This document shows, in pieces, positions 1 through 28,100 of a stretch of 64,000 nt of DNA (the stretch's first letter is position 1; every line of letters starts with the position of its first letter). Under the pieces are notes generated by a model. It saw nothing but the letters and a program-made list of their open reading frames with translations, did not search any database and was not told the DNA's origin. The stretch is from assembly GCA_002269645.1 (NCBI GenBank), contig NIVC01002780.1, forward strand, positions 77,044 to 141,043. The letters run 5' to 3'. The stretch is from Macrostomum lignano. Taxonomy: Eukaryota. The position numbers were made by a program, and so were the translations under genes.

Positions 1-572
1 GAAGTATAAAGCTACTGCAGGCGATTTATTAATAGGACGGAGTGGGGGGGGGTCTGGACCAGAGCTGGAGCTACCGGCACAGAAGCACAGTGTCTTCACC
101 CACACACCCCCGCTGCTTTAGTTCACCCGGGCAGCACGCAGCCTTGTCTTCATCAGTCTGAGGCTGCAAGGCCCTGTGGCTGGGTGAATGGATGGATTGG
201 GGTTCGCGCAAAGCAGAGAGGGGCAAACATTGGTTGAGGCAGGCTCTTGCACAGCGCTGCTAGAGAGATCGTTCGTGCAAACACCTTTTTTCTATTTCTA
301 TTAACTGCTGCTGAATGAAATTTGAGGAGGCCAGCGAGGCGCAGACGGACAGGCGGACAACACAGTAAAGAAAACGGGACAGACAATACGACAAGAAAGC
401 GATCCGAGAGCCATCAAATCTAGCAATCTAAAAGAACGAAGAGTTTAGTTGGAGAGAGAGCTTAGTTACTGAAAAATACCTGTTGCTAGGGAGAATGTTC
501 GCCGCAGGTGAGCAGGGGGATTTCTACCGGCAGCCGGGTTCGATCGTTGCGCACCCGCCCGCGTCCTTGCAG

Positions 573-14445
<13,873 letters not shown>

Positions 14446-15621
14446 TTTTTACCCTACAGCCTTCACCTGTTGGGCCAGTTACGAGCGTCCCTTCAATTCC
14501 TAGACTCAATCGCTTGTTGTTTTTTTAAAGATATTTAGCCCGGAGAATCGATTTTTATATTCAATGTGAGTAGCAAATGTAAGCAGCAGCTGTGTCAAAA
14601 TGTTTATGCTACAAAGCATTCGTGTGGTATTTTTATCATCGGGCAAACAGCCACATGGCATCCTTTGAACATGGATAAGTGCGTTGTAGTTGTGCAAAAC
14701 CATTCATCAATATTCCTGTATTTTCCGGCCCGCTGTATAAATGCAGCAAGTTGCGATCTTGTGTTGTAACAACATTACATTAATATTTACTGTTTGTGTC
14801 AAAGTTCGACTCGAAAGCATTTTTTTGGGATTTCAAAGTGGATACTGACGTAAAATGATCTCTTGAGAGTTAAGCGGTGCAGTAACTTCATCTGATGTAG
14901 TCGCTGAATGTCTAATTTTGATCTTAAGTCACATTTTATGGACAGTTTGCAGAGTATGTGTGCTGTGAGTAAAGTTTCACGTGCCCAAGGTCGGGAACCA
15001 TTGGAATCTAAATATCTAGCTTTTTCAAGTCACAACAATTACGTTCGGACGCGAACCTGAGTCAGCTGGATGGGTTCTGATTTCGTGGTTATTTTTTTCC
15101 TGTTTTAATTTTTTGTTTTAATTTTTGTTTTCTGATACATTTCTGTTCGGCTTGCTTCGTTGTGCTTTGAAGTCCCCACATTTTTTAGCGTTGTTTTCTA
15201 CAAGTGCTTGACTTGACTCGTGCATCGCAAAGTTGTGCAGGCGCTCGACTCGGCCTGTCGGCACCCTTCACCCAAGATGCCTTAGGTTGATTTTACCCAT
15301 AGCCTAGCTAATATTATTATTATTAATACGCGTACGCACTGATACAGTACCGCTGAAGTTCGCTTTCGGTTGGCAAACACAAAGAAATATTAAGTACAAC
15401 TGAAGGCGCTGCTTGACCTAATACTGAAGTGAAAGCACATATTAAGTAAAGTGCAATCTGTCACCTTATATTATGCGTTAGTTGTCGTGCCGACTCCCCT
15501 TCTCCCAGAGTCCCCAGAAATTTTTCTAACAAAATATTTAATTTGCGCACTGAATATTGGCTGTTTAAAGCAATCCAATTGGAACGCACGTTTGTACTTT
15601 TGTGGTTATGAAACTAAATGA

Positions 15622-15627
15622 AATAAA
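15622..15627 (+). promoter_or_regulatory. Candidate polyadenylation signal for PTB
   Basis: AATAAA about 1.2 kb after the stop codon, following a U-rich UTR-like stretch. Confidence 0.35.
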
Positions 15628-15769
15628 TCACAGATATTAAACCAATTCTATGGACGTTAATGTCAGCGTGAGAAATTACTTGTAAGTTTCTCTGTGACTT
15701 TCCTTTCGTCCAACTTCTTTATTTTGCTGCGCCTCAACGAATTTTGCTCTTCTCAAACAAGAACCAAGT

Positions 15770-16316
15770 CGCCAGCCCTCCGGACCGTCGAGATATTCAA
15801 CGATTCTGCTACGAAAAGGTCGGATTTTTCCCATAAGCGCCAGTGTATTCAATATGTACACTCCTATGCACCAATGCGCCTCAGTGCGGCGTTGCCAAGC
15901 GTCCAAACTTCATCAGCACATCGGCACATCATCAACGCTAACTTTCGTTGGTCACTGGTCTTCACCCAGACGGAGCTTGTGGACCTTTAACAGGTGACAC
16001 CAGGATGATTATGGGCACCCCAAAATTGCGAATTTCTATTGGTTCGCTGAGCAAGCCTCGACAGTGGGCAAATCACAACAGCTGGACATCCTCAGCTAGT
16101 CTCTCAAACACTCCGTCATCACTCCGACGCCGTTGGCACCTTCAACGTATGGCAACAGGTGACTATGGACACTCGAACGAGGTTTTCATCATTACCCTTA
16201 AACTCTGGAGCTAAAACCGTATCTTGAAGATTTAATGAGCCTAATTTGCTCAGTTCCTGTGCAGCAAAAAACGTGTGTGAAGAAAATTCCCAGGAAAGGG
16301 TATTCCTACTGTTAAA
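15770..16316. mobile_element. Diverged relative of the 6134-6715 MITE (partial)
   Basis: Shares CGTCGAGATATTCAACGATTC (~15786-15806) and the right end CTACTGTTAAA (16306-16316); no left TIR found. Confidence 0.4.
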
Positions 16317-16520
16317 ATAGTCGATTGATTTTCAATTACAAGAGTCAAGACAATGGCTAAATTGCAGGTTGTACCATAGATCCACGGTGTTGTCTCCAGC
16401 CTGGCCTGGCCTCTCAGACTACACCAGGCGATCTACGAGCTATATTGATCCATGGAGAATGTAAACACAGCTATCTCCAGCAGTCACAGGACAGCACTCT
16501 ATATTTTAGTATACTATATA

Positions 16521-16817
16521 TACTACTACTAATAATAATTGATTACACCTGCCCCAATGGGCAGATGTGCAACCGACAGCCCAGCCGCAGCTATTGCGCG
16601 GCGCATCTGAAGACTGCGTACGGCTGTTCAGTTTAAGGACTGGGGGGTCGCCACACACACCCTCAATTACCCCAGCTAATGCTGGCACCCATTTTGCAGC
16701 TGGGTGATCTGAAGCAATGCAAAGTGTCTTGCTCAAGGACACAAATTTTTGGGTTGAGAATCGAACCCCGATCTTTCAGTCGTGATTCCGACGCTTTAAC
16801 TATTAGGCTACAACCCC
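16521..16817 (-). mobile_element. tRNA-derived CORE-SINE, copy 2
   Basis: Co-linear with 3662-3966 along its whole length, with the same head and core and a (TAC/TAA)n tail. Confidence 0.85.
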
Positions 16818-17004
16818 TATTAGAGCGGAACCCCTTCTAGTGAATAGAGCAGAAAGCGATCTCAGGAAAAAGTGTGTGATGAAACAATAATTTGCGCTTG
16901 GTACAACGCAGAAAAAGTTTATTAGTGTGTCAAAAATCTGGCAATAGGTTAAAACCCTTGAAACTTTGGTGCCATGCTTTGTCAGTGGGAAATAAAGCAA
17001 ATCA

Positions 17005-17010
17005 TTTATT
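17005..17010 (-). promoter_or_regulatory. Candidate polyadenylation signal for IFT80
   Basis: TTTATT on + (AATAAA on -), ~220 nt after the IFT80 stop. Confidence 0.4.
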
Positions 17011-17226
17011 TTGTAAAAATCTAATAAGATAACAATCAATTAACAGTCGAGTTTTTAGGGAGAAAAGAGCCGGTCGTTGGGATCCTGCCGTGACTTTTTC
17101 CCTTTCTAAAGAGTATTAAGTGCAAAGAGAGTATAGATATCACAAAAGCAAAAGTTATACCAGATTAAAACCGCTTGAAGATGTCTCTAATATTCTCGTA
17201 CAAAGCAAAACTGAATCGCTATTAGT

Positions 17227-20048
17227 TCACTTTGCCGGCCGTCTGGCCGCAGTTCCTGCCCCGCCGGCTCCCGATGGTCGTTCGCGCTCGTTTTTGTACT
17301 CGGATTCGACCTTCTTCTGAATCTCCTCCCATGACGGCACTTGCTGCAAAATGGGGGTTGGGAGGTTATATATATAGCTCGTATATGTATCCCGCAACCA
17401 GCACTGAGGGTAATTCGGCCGATTCCACTGACTCCTAAGCACATTACAAGCGCGCCAATACTGTGTGTACGCAGACATGTACTCATGCACACGCTCACTC
17501 AAGGTGTACAGCGGCCCAAATTTCTACTCGTCAGGGATGTACACACTCTGCGCCTTGGGGTTGGCCCTCATGGCTTTGAATTGCACGAATTCACATTGAA
17601 TTCGGATAATCTACTCTTCTCTTGCCGTCAAAACGGATGCTTTCACAATTTTAAGCGAAAACGCAATTTTTCACGTATCCTACCTCGTCGGACAGCTGCT
17701 TGAACTTTGGCAGCGTCTCTTTTCGTCCGACCCGCTCTAGAAATTGTCTTCGATAAGCTAGCACAACGTCCACATGGACACGGTGCTTCTGAGCCAGGTC
17801 CAGTGCCCGCTCCCAGCTGTAGAGGCCCAGGTGCATCATAACTGCACGGAACAGCAGCCCAGCCTGCACCAACAACCCCTCTGCATCCTGGACATTGCCG
17901 GACAGTAGCAGCATCTCGGCATTGCAGGCCTCCTTCAGCGGCAGTGACCGGATGTACTGGATGTACTCGACCTTGTCCGGCTCGGCGATGGCTGCGAACG
18001 CCGTTTCGGCGGTATCCAAATCTCGCTTAGCGATGCTCATGGCGGCCAGCACCGCCCAGAGCATCTCGTCGTCAACGAAATGGCACAGCTTGATGGCCTC
18101 GCGCCACTTGCCAACGGATGTGTAACTGTGCAGAGTGCACGGATACGGCGAGATGCTCATCGTCACCGGCGTGCCGTCCGATTTGCGCACCGTGATGGAT
18201 CGGCCCAGGAAGCCGATCAGCTGCGGACTCTTGCCAAACTCCATGCCAGCGTCGCGCTCGAATACGGTTCGCCGAACTAAAGCGGCGTCCTGCAACGCAG
18301 CCGCAGGGTAATAGTACACCAGCAGCTTGCTACCCGCCAAGCAGGCTAGCATGTTGGCTTCGCTGTTCCAGCACATGGATTCCACCATGGTGCCGATCTT
18401 GACAATACGCCGCTGTCCACCGTATGTGCGGACCTGAGAAAATTTGTTACAGAACATGAGCTTTCACATATGAGCCTAAAAGTAAACAGGATAAGTAGTC
18501 TTTTTGAAGAGGTCATGCAACAATCTATGTCGTTAAACTTCATACTAGGCTCACCTGAGTGATGAAAAGGTCTCGATTGCGATCGATTATGGCGAGCTTG
18601 CGGTCAGTGGCTGGCCCGGATTGGTCCAAAGCGACTTCAGCCACCTCCGATTTGTGCATGATCGGCTTGCCGTCGCCAACCAGCCGGCCTGTGGCGGTGT
18701 CGAATGCGTACACAGCCTTCTCGTCGGACTTGTCAGCGAGCACAACAGTATCCGGACTAATTGAGCAAGTGAGGGGACTAAGTGTATCCGCGCGCATATC
18801 CTGATACCGTGGCGAGCAAATCAGCCGGCCTTCGTATGAGTACACATGCACCGATCCTTGGTCAACCAAGAGAAACTGCTTTTCGCTCATGTCAATCATA
18901 GTAACGCAGCCGCCTTTCAGATCAAATATCGTTGGGGTGTTCCAGTTGCGAGTCCCGTAGACGAAGCACTGGCTGGCGGTGCACACAACCAGATGGTTCC
19001 AGTTCAGACTAGCCTTCACGATACGGTCTCGAAAATCTAGCTTGTCCTTGGCATCGTCCAACACGTTACGAACCGAGATAGACTTTTCGCTTTCAATAAC
19101 GGCCTCGATGTTTTTCCACTCGAGGCGTCGCCCAACCACCTGACAGAAGACGACGCGGCCGTTGCCACCAGCCGCAACCGCTTGGGTGCTGTCGCTGCTC
19201 CAGCACACGTTGAAGACTGAGCCGCAGTCCAGCTTTTCCAAACTGTAGGACCAACCGCAGCGGTCGCACAGGCGAATGGAGTTGAAGCTGCCGACTAGAA
19301 ACAGCTCTCCATCTGGCGACCAGCTGACAGAAGTTATTGGGTAGTCAGAGATAGGCGGGCTAGAATACACACATCTGCCGAATGAATCCCACAGCTTGTA
19401 ACGGCAGTCTTCTGCCCCAGAAACGATAAGGTTGTTGATTGGATTCCAGTCCACTTTCAGTACCAGATTTTCATGAGCCTTCCAGGCGGTGGGTCGAGCA
19501 TTTGGTTGTAGTGACTTGAGCACAAGTTGCTTGCCTAGGCTGTACACTACCTGGTCAGAGTTAGCACTCCAGGAGCCAGAGTAGACTGGATAAGCATTCT
19601 GTGATAGCACAGAGCGAAGCATTCCGTTGCGTGACCAGATCTTCACGGCACCGTCCTCGCCACAGCTGAGCAGCATACTGCCGTCGTAGCTCCAGCGAAC
19701 TGACAGAACGGCACCCGTGTGTCCGTCGATGACTTTCTCCACGCGGCCCGCCCTAGACATGATGTACAGCTTGCCATCCGTGGAACCCAACGCAAAAACC
19801 TCTGAGCCTGTGACCTTCTTGGACCCGCCGCCGCCGCCGCCGGATGTGACCGGCAGCCAGTGCATGTCCGTGGGGAAAACACCATCAGCCATCTTTGGTA
19901 GGGCCTGCGATTCCGATGAATTCAGGTTCCATCGGATTAGCTGATGGTCGTCACCAGCAGAGATCACCTCCTCTGGACTGGCAAAGCCGACAGCGCTGAC
20001 TAGGTCAGTGTGCTTCTGGTCTTTTGAAAGTTGTGTCTTAAGCTTCAT
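17227..20048 (-). CDS. IFT80: Intraflagellar transport protein 80 (WD40 + TPR, IFT-B), ~786 aa
   Basis: Exons on minus: 20048-18555, 18433-17684, 17343-17227, all phase 0 with GT-AG ends. Starts MKLKTQLSKDQKHTDLVSAVG; WD repeats (SCGEDGAVKIWSRNGMLRS, WKAHENLVLKVDWN); C-terminal YSWERALDLAQKHRVHVDVVLAYR and SWEEIQKKVESEYKNERER. Confidence 0.96.
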
Positions 20049-22097
20049 AGCAGCATGCAATAGAGTAGAGAGTTAGTTAAAGAGCATGAATACTTGATAC
20101 GCGAGTTAACATATTTTCTTAAACCCCATTTTAAAAGTAAAAAATTCAGTCCGTCCCGAATAAGCTTGGATAAAAAAATTATTTTAAGCCAGGTTTGACT
20201 ACCTAGATCATTATTGATAATTAAAGCACGTTTATCGAGATTAAACGAGTAAAGTATGAAAAGCGAAATGCTAGTCGGGTAATTATGAAAACTAAATAAG
20301 TGACAGAAAAAAGATTCTAGTATGGAATCGTAAAAGAAGCAAAAACATTAAAATATGAGCTATAAATTTATGGTGTGCTTCCCACTCGATTTTTTGTGAT
20401 AAAGAGAGTAAACCTATCAAGAACCACACATGAACAATGAGCATGCATATTGAGAATGGATATCACTTTAAAAAAATTGGTTGGTGATTGGATATATATA
20501 AGGATCAGGTCATGGCTTAAAAGTACACAAACCTAAACAAAGGAACAAAATTCAAAGTATGCATGTATTAAAATGTTATTGAAAATATATCTATAGCAGT
20601 TTTTATTTTAAATCTTAGCCAAACCAGATTATTAGAAGCATCCAACGGAAGATGCTTCTAATAATTTAGATATTGGTTTTGCCTTTGTATGTGGCAGTCT
20701 CGAATAAACCTATCAATTCAACACCAGTAGTCAGTAGAGAAAGATTTCTAAATTTTTATTTTTAATTTAGATAATTACAAATGAATCACTAGCTACATAG
20801 ATACATAAGCATAAACATTTAAAATTTCCTATGATTTTCTATTTCCTATAAAGAATGCATAGAAACTATTTTATTTATGAAAAAATGGACTCCTATTGAT
20901 ATATTATACGTTTAAAATTGCATGATTTTAAGTGTGTCTGCCACAATTTTTGCATGGGTTTTATTATTAACTTACGATTATGAATGCGTTAAACTAGTCT
21001 AAGATATTGACTAATGTGCAATAGGCTGAAAAATACTCCTATTTTTTAGTTTAAATAGTCCAGGTTGCCCTCTATTAATACGATTGTAATTGTATAAAAA
21101 GTTTATCATCAGTGACCAAGTGTTGATTGAAGATTTTTTATTATTACAGTTCAGTGAGATACTTTAATAAGAAATTTCGGTAAAAAAGGAGTAGGAGGTG
21201 AAATACATGGCTTAATCTTATGACTAATCGGATGGAACGATAGTTTTGTTACATGATAAAGTTTCACTTAACTTATGATAGCTCATGACATTATAAATAT
21301 ACTAAAGTATTTCAATTCAAACCAAACGTTACTGATGTAAATAGTAGACATTAAAACAAAAGTGAAAATATTAACTCGAAATTTAAAGGCAAAAAATAGC
21401 AATATTATCTCTTTCAAAGAGCTTTTTCAATGAGAAGAAGTGAATTTTTGTGTATTTATTTGAGATTTTATCTGATCAGCTGTTTATATAATTTTAAAAA
21501 GTCCAGTTATTTATCATCGATAAACTGTGATTAAACTTTGTTGTCCGCTTTTGTGCAAGTGACGACAAGTCGACATGTAGACACGAGTTTAAGAAATACT
21601 GCAATCAACGATTTGTGCGAGCAGATGTGACTGTATAAATTCTAAATTTTAGTAGATACTACAAAAGTATGTTCTTACTCACCTCGAGTCAGCCTTTAGC
21701 CAGCTGCCCTGCCTCTAGAGTATAGAATTAGATTATTCTTTAAATTAAAGTTTAATAGACCACTATTGTATATTCTCTTTATAGGAAAATTTCTTAAAAT
21801 ATATTTTGCTATCAACAAAGTCAATTTTACAAAGTTTTGCTCTTTTTTCATAACAAGGCCTAACTAAATTTTTTGTAGGCCTAGTATATCAGAGTAGGCC
21901 TAACACTAACTAACATAGTAGTCCTAATAACATAATCATAGGCGATAGGCCCAAGTCAACCATGTCAACCATATTAGGCTGAGTAGCGCCTATTATACTT
22001 TAGCCTTTTTATGCTTTTGGCAAAGATGGTTCTAGCAATGACCTTGTAACTTGTAAGTTCTTGGCCTAAGACTAAGAGCAACAAATATGGCAATGGC

Positions 22098-22468
22098 TAG
22101 AGTTCTGGCACCGGAACCCATTTTCTAATGGCTATGGATCCGGCAGTGCCATTATAATATAGATGGAACATTATATTTTTCTTTCTACAGGTGGCTGATA
22201 TTGAGATTTTGTTCTAGATTAAAATTTAAGACTATATGATAAGATTCGGGATGAGATGCTTCTAATATTCAGACTTCTTAAGATATGTTTTTAGGGCATA
22301 GTTCTAGTTTACTGCGTTAAATTATTTTGCCCTCTATTCAAGGGTAGGGGGGTTGGAATATAATGAAGTAAACTAGAACTATGCCGTTTTTAGCAGTCTT
22401 TATATGCTTCTATACGGCACTGCTGGATCCCTAGCTATTAGAAAACAGGTTCTGGTGCCGGAACTCTG
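22098..22468. mobile_element. MITE with ~55-bp imperfect TIRs
   Basis: AGAGTTCTGGCACCGGAACCCATTTTCTAATGGCTATGGATCCGGCAGTGCC (22099-22150) is inverted at 22415-22467; mismatches are mostly CpG transitions. Confidence 0.75.
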
Positions 22469-22680
22469 ACATTACCGACAAATATAGACAAGGCTACTCA
22501 AACAAATTTACTTTTAACTTTAGAATTAAATTAAATTATAGAGCTTTTCTTCTCTTTACTACATGGTAGAAGAATTTTTAACAAATAATACAACTTTAAT
22601 TCTGGTCTACTTACCATATTTAGAAAAGTGTCATAATTATACTAGAAAAGATATTCTTAAAACCCTTTTTGACAATTGTA

Positions 22681-24663
22681 AAAAAAGTGCACATTTAATT
22701 ATTTTTCAACTTAAATGAACACCAATGCATATTTATTATGATGCGAGACATTTAATAACAAAACAGTTCAACAACATTGCACATCTTATTGGGTAGACAA
22801 TGATATAATTTAATAGGCTTTAGTGCTAATCTAGTAGAGCATCCAACCAAATTGCTTTGTGGGATAAAGCTTGTGCCACATGTACTCTTCTAAATATATC
22901 TCAGAGTTGTTGCTGTGTGCTATGTATGGCCTGTAGCTTTGCCTTGCAGTATACATGTGCAACAGTTGGCCAAGTCGGCCGATCTAGCTGACTAATTTGG
23001 TGGCCAACCAAGGTAAGTCACAAAAATGCCCACCCAAATAAATACCCAAGTAGTACCCAAATTTTGGAGGTTGTGCATATATGCCTGCTTCAGTCGCTGC
23101 TCTGCTATGCCCTGAGCATGCACTACCCTAATACTGATACTATGTTGACTAGGGACCTGATGACTTGCACTGGTGTTCTTGCACTCAGTTGCACTATCTA
23201 TAAATGTTGTCAGATGTTACTTGGCCACTGCCTAAGAAGCCACAGCCGCGGCAAGCAAAATCTCAAAGCGCTGACTCTCTTGCATCAGCTCACTGAGTGC
23301 CTGCGCCATGGCCAAGGCCAAACTGTGATGCTAAATGATACATTTCTGACTGACTTGCAGGCCATTGGGCTTAGCCCCTAGTCTACCATGACTTGCCCCT
23401 CTTGGTTGTTCTGCAAATGCATTTGTGCAAAGTCTAGCTAGATCTCTTTTTGTCTATGCTACTCTGTGCATTGCTATATATGCACGGGCCTGCTAACTGT
23501 CTGTGATGATAGCTTCCAATGAGTATATATTGCTATACGATAAGTAGCAATGTAGCAGCCATATGGTTATTGATAGACAAATATACACTTAGGTGCACTA
23601 TGCTTAATCATACCTAGAACCCACTATGCCTTGCAGTATGCCCATATCCTTTCAATCAGGTTAGTATGCACTGTTAGGTCCTAGGGATACACAAAGGCCA
23701 GCTGATAGTTCATGACTACATAGTTAGGCAGCTATGCATAGGCCTGCTAACCATCTGTGATGATAGCTTCCAATGAGTATATATTGCTATATGATAAGTA
23801 ACAATGTAGCAGCCATATGGTTATTGATAGACAAATATACACTTAGGTGCACTATGCTCAATCATACCTAGAACCCACTGACCAGGCTCATGCTGTCCCT
23901 GGTGGTACTTGTGATAAAAGAATTATGACTTGTCAACTTCTATGTCATGTTTAGGACCACCAAGCTATATTTGGTGGTCAATGAGATACTAGGCACATGT
24001 CTCAAATGAAGTTCTACCAATCCACAGCAGTAGACCTTGACACCTTGTTTTGCTAGGCACACTTGCTGCTTGGCATCTATTGCCCACTAAAAAAGATCAG
24101 GTTAACAATCTATTGGAGCTGCAGAAAACTTGCTTCAAAGAAGGAGCTCTTGTATATAGAGGCCTATAGTTTTGGACATGGTAGTTAGGACATGCCTGTG
24201 CAAAACCATCTATGAAGTGGGCACCCTCACATTGTTGTAGGCATATAGTAGGGGCACTAAGGCAGAATGAGCATGTGCACTAATTGGCTAGTAGGTGGTA
24301 CATAGCCAGTTAATGATGTCCTGTGGTGTGGCTGTTGGTTGGCTATCTTAAGCATTGTAAAATCCATATTATAGAGCTCCTAGGCCTGATATACCTACCT
24401 TAGGGGTAAAATGAAGGTTTGTGCAAGTGATATTTAGCCATCTAGTCACTGCAAGCAATGATCAAGGAAAATAAATTGAAACTTACTAAAATTAATGTTT
24501 GTAACAATTACACAGTTATAATTAAAAATCAGGGATTGCCCAATCTAAAACTATTATTATTATAACTAAACTGAATAGTTTTGTATTATCAAATGTGTTT
24601 CCCATCACAAAAATATGCTTTGGTATTCATTTAAGTTGAAAAATAATTAAATGTGCACTTTTT
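22681..24663. mobile_element. ~2-kb decayed element bounded by inverted repeats
   Basis: AAAAAGTGCACATTTAATTATTTTTCAACTTAAATGAACACC (22682-22723) is inverted with 1 mismatch at 24622-24663, with weaker homology out to ~100 bp. Internal ~140-bp direct duplication at ~23489-23628 / ~23742-23879. Confidence 0.65.
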
Positions 24664-25199
24664 AAATTGCCCCCCTTTTTGTATATCTAGGCTAAGGTCT
24701 ATAGGCTATATTACTTAGGCCCTATTCCAAACTTCTTAGAAAATTTATATACTATAAATAAATAATATATATATATATAAATAAAATAAATAAATATATA
24801 TATATAAGTTCAACTTTTTATATTAATAGTGGTTTCTAAATTATTTGTTATACTATTAAAATAAATAATAAATGTAGGGATCCTAGAATAGTCATTATAA
24901 TAATTTTGTTATGTTTAAATAGAAAGGAATATTTTTAGTTACTTTATTATTTGGCTAATTAGAAAGCAAAAATTATGGTTATAGATTAGTTTGTTAATTG
25001 GCCTATTATATGATATATTATATGTTCTTCTTAGTCTTCTATTTTCTTTTTCTCTCTGTCTAACTTTGCAATCTTGTCTTTTATAGCAGCAGCAATAGCA
25101 TATGCTTGCTCTTAAGCCAGATAAGCTACTGTATCCTATATTGCTTTTAAATGCTTCTTACATTCTAAACTTGCTTATTAAACTAACTGATGTTCATGA

Positions 25200-28100
25200 T
25201 ATCCTTGATCTTCAATATATTGATAGAAACAATGTAAATAAGGCAGAGCAAATAAATTGCCATTAGACTATTTAGTAATAGGTCCTATAGCCAATTTCTA
25301 TCTTTGCACAAGATTTTGTATTTAGTTTGCTTAACTTGTGCTCAATATTAATATGCCATAGGAGAAAAAGAGTCTTCCAAGCCAATTTTTTAGAACAGTT
25401 CTATATGTCTTGGCTTGTTATTCAATTTTTGGATCAAGTGCTAGTAGAGCTAAATAATCTCAACTCCAATTGTAATATATCAGTCCTATTTATATAGCAG
25501 GCCATGAAACATAATTGCCTCTCAAGACACTTTCATTTGAATCTGTCACTACCAAATGGGTTGGCAAATTTTGCAGCTTGCAATACCCACAACTTCATTA
25601 GCAAGTAACAGAACAAGGCCACTTGTAGAGTTGAGTAGAACAAATTAGTTAAAGAAAAGTGAACCTTAGAAAATTGAAATAAAAGCCAACCTTTTAGTTA
25701 TTGCATGTAATTTTTCTAATTGTGATATCTTTGCCAAATAGCTATTCTGAGCATATGGTATTCAAGTTTTATGCTTCTTTGCCTTTTCAATATACTTCTA
25801 TTAAATGGAGCTACTAGCCACAGTGTGAATCAATGGCAATGCAAAGTTTTTTAATTTTAACTTTTAACTTTTAAAAAGTTGAAAATTTGTGACTCAGCTG
25901 ACTTAAAAAGCTAGAGTGGAGTTAGGTAGAGCTTATAAACCCTAAGTACAACATTATATCTAGGGCTTTTAGATATTGGAAAACTTGCTGAACTTTAGGC
26001 TTCCTCTTTTCAATCTCAAAAAGGCAGCAAAGCTGCTAGCAGCAGTTGTATAACTGAATATAGCAATTCACTATGTCTATAATTTATAACTATTCTTTAT
26101 ACACCTTAGCAACTACAAAGGTGTCTTCCTGAGCTTTTTCCTAGGTTTTACAAAAGTCATTAGCAGTATTGGCATAGCAAAAATAGTTATAGACTTGAGA
26201 AAGACTGGTATCAAATAGTGCCTTATTTTATCCAGAAAGTGCCAATATTTTTCAAAGTAGTGCCAGTTTTGGGTATTTTATAAAGCACTATGTTGGCATT
26301 AGCCACCAAAATTTGGCTTTGGTATAATGCCAAATGTCTTTTACAGATAGTGCCAATGTTGAATATATAAGGATGAGGAACTATATGAGGAACTAGTTTG
26401 GCACTAGATGCCAGATTTAGGCACTTTTGAAATGCTACATAGTGCTTAATTTTTAGTAAAAGGTGTAGTATATTGTTTAGCATTCAGTATATAATAGTAT
26501 TGCAAGTGAATTAAATTTGTAGCTCCTAGTATACAAAGCTTGTCAAAAAGGACAAAAGCAATGTCCTCTAGTCTTTAGGCCTAAAAGGAAATATCAGTTA
26601 GCATGTTTCCTCACTTGATATTTAGTGTACTCCTTAGTTTCCTTATTTCTCATTTTAGGAACAATCTTCTTTTGATTTCCTTACTTTATAGGGTTTATAC
26701 AATTGAAATATTAGTTTATATACTTTTTGGACTCATATAGCCATTAATTGTTTCATGAACTGAAATAATATTAGAACTAAATAGATTTCTTCTTTTTTTT
26801 CTCTTATCTCTCTAATTTAGTTATTATATATTACTAAGCAGACTTTATTGTTGAAAGAAACTTAAAAAATCATTCAATATACAATTATTTGCCAAACAAG
26901 AAAAGTGTGAATTTTAATTAGAATAAAATTGTCATACAAATATAATTTTACTACTAACAAAAGAAATACATTGTTTTTAAACAATAAAAAGAATAAAAAA
27001 AGCTTTTTAAACTTCAATGCATAGAGCAAAATGCTAAGTAAAAAAGCTTTATAAATTTTAATGCATTAAAGCAACTGCTAAGTATAAAAGCTTTGGACTA
27101 TCAGGTGAACTTTGTCTTTTAGGTTTGGCTTCTTTGGCTTCCTGTAAATCAGGCCCATTTCTAGGCTGATAATGAATAGATGCTAAGCATAGAGGATATT
27201 GTAGACTATTAGGGCCACTTTTATAGGATTGTATAATTATATTGGGAAATTCTAAAAAAGTTTAGTTTGGATAGGTTAAAACCTTATAGTACAACTTTTG
27301 AAACAAACAATTAATAGGTAGATAATATTTTAATGCAAAAAAGTTTGCTTTTGAGGCAAGAAAGTAGGTCAAACAGCCAAAAGGAAAGTTGTCATAATGA
27401 AAGTGCTGATTATACAGAATTACACAAAGCTGCATTGAAATTTTTAATTGAATTTCAGCATTATTTAAATGAGTAAAAATGAGCTAAACTGAGCCTTAGC
27501 TCAGATAACATTGAAATTTATGGTATTTTAAAAGATTCTTTTAAATAAAAAAATAATGGAAATGTTTAAAATTGATTAAAAAATTCCTAACAAATTTAAT
27601 TAATTATTAAAAAAATTCAAGTACTTATTTGTATGTTAAAACAACTTTAAGATTAAAATAAACTACAAGCTAAGTATTATAATAGTTGATCAAATTGTTT
27701 GGTAATTTCATTAGCAACATTGTTAAATATTAACAAGGCATGAGCATTTGTTAGTACATTAGTAGTATATTCTAGAGGTTGGACAAGTAGAAAATTTTGG
27801 TTGGACATGAAATTTTATGAAATTTTCAAAGTTGGGCATGATTGTGATTATGAATGTGAATTTCTCATTCATTTATTATGCAGACATGTATTATGAGCTT
27901 GTAAGTTACAAGCGTAGAAAGTAGCAAAATGAGCAAAGGAACCATTATATATTAGATACTCAGTAATGCTATCAAGTCAACAAATATATTACTGCTTTAT
28001 ACATTCGTGTTCATGCTTTTATTTTAGTAAATCAAATAGAAACATTACAATTTGAATAAAAAAGTTAAGCAGAAACTCACAAGCTCATGAATTTTATTTA

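Noticed and set aside
483-572. PTB start at ATG 495, or an 18-nt exon 490-507
   Set aside because: Both are possible but unsupported. An acceptor at 572 matches the conserved K|RG.DE junction, so the first exon is left undetermined and may lie outside the window.
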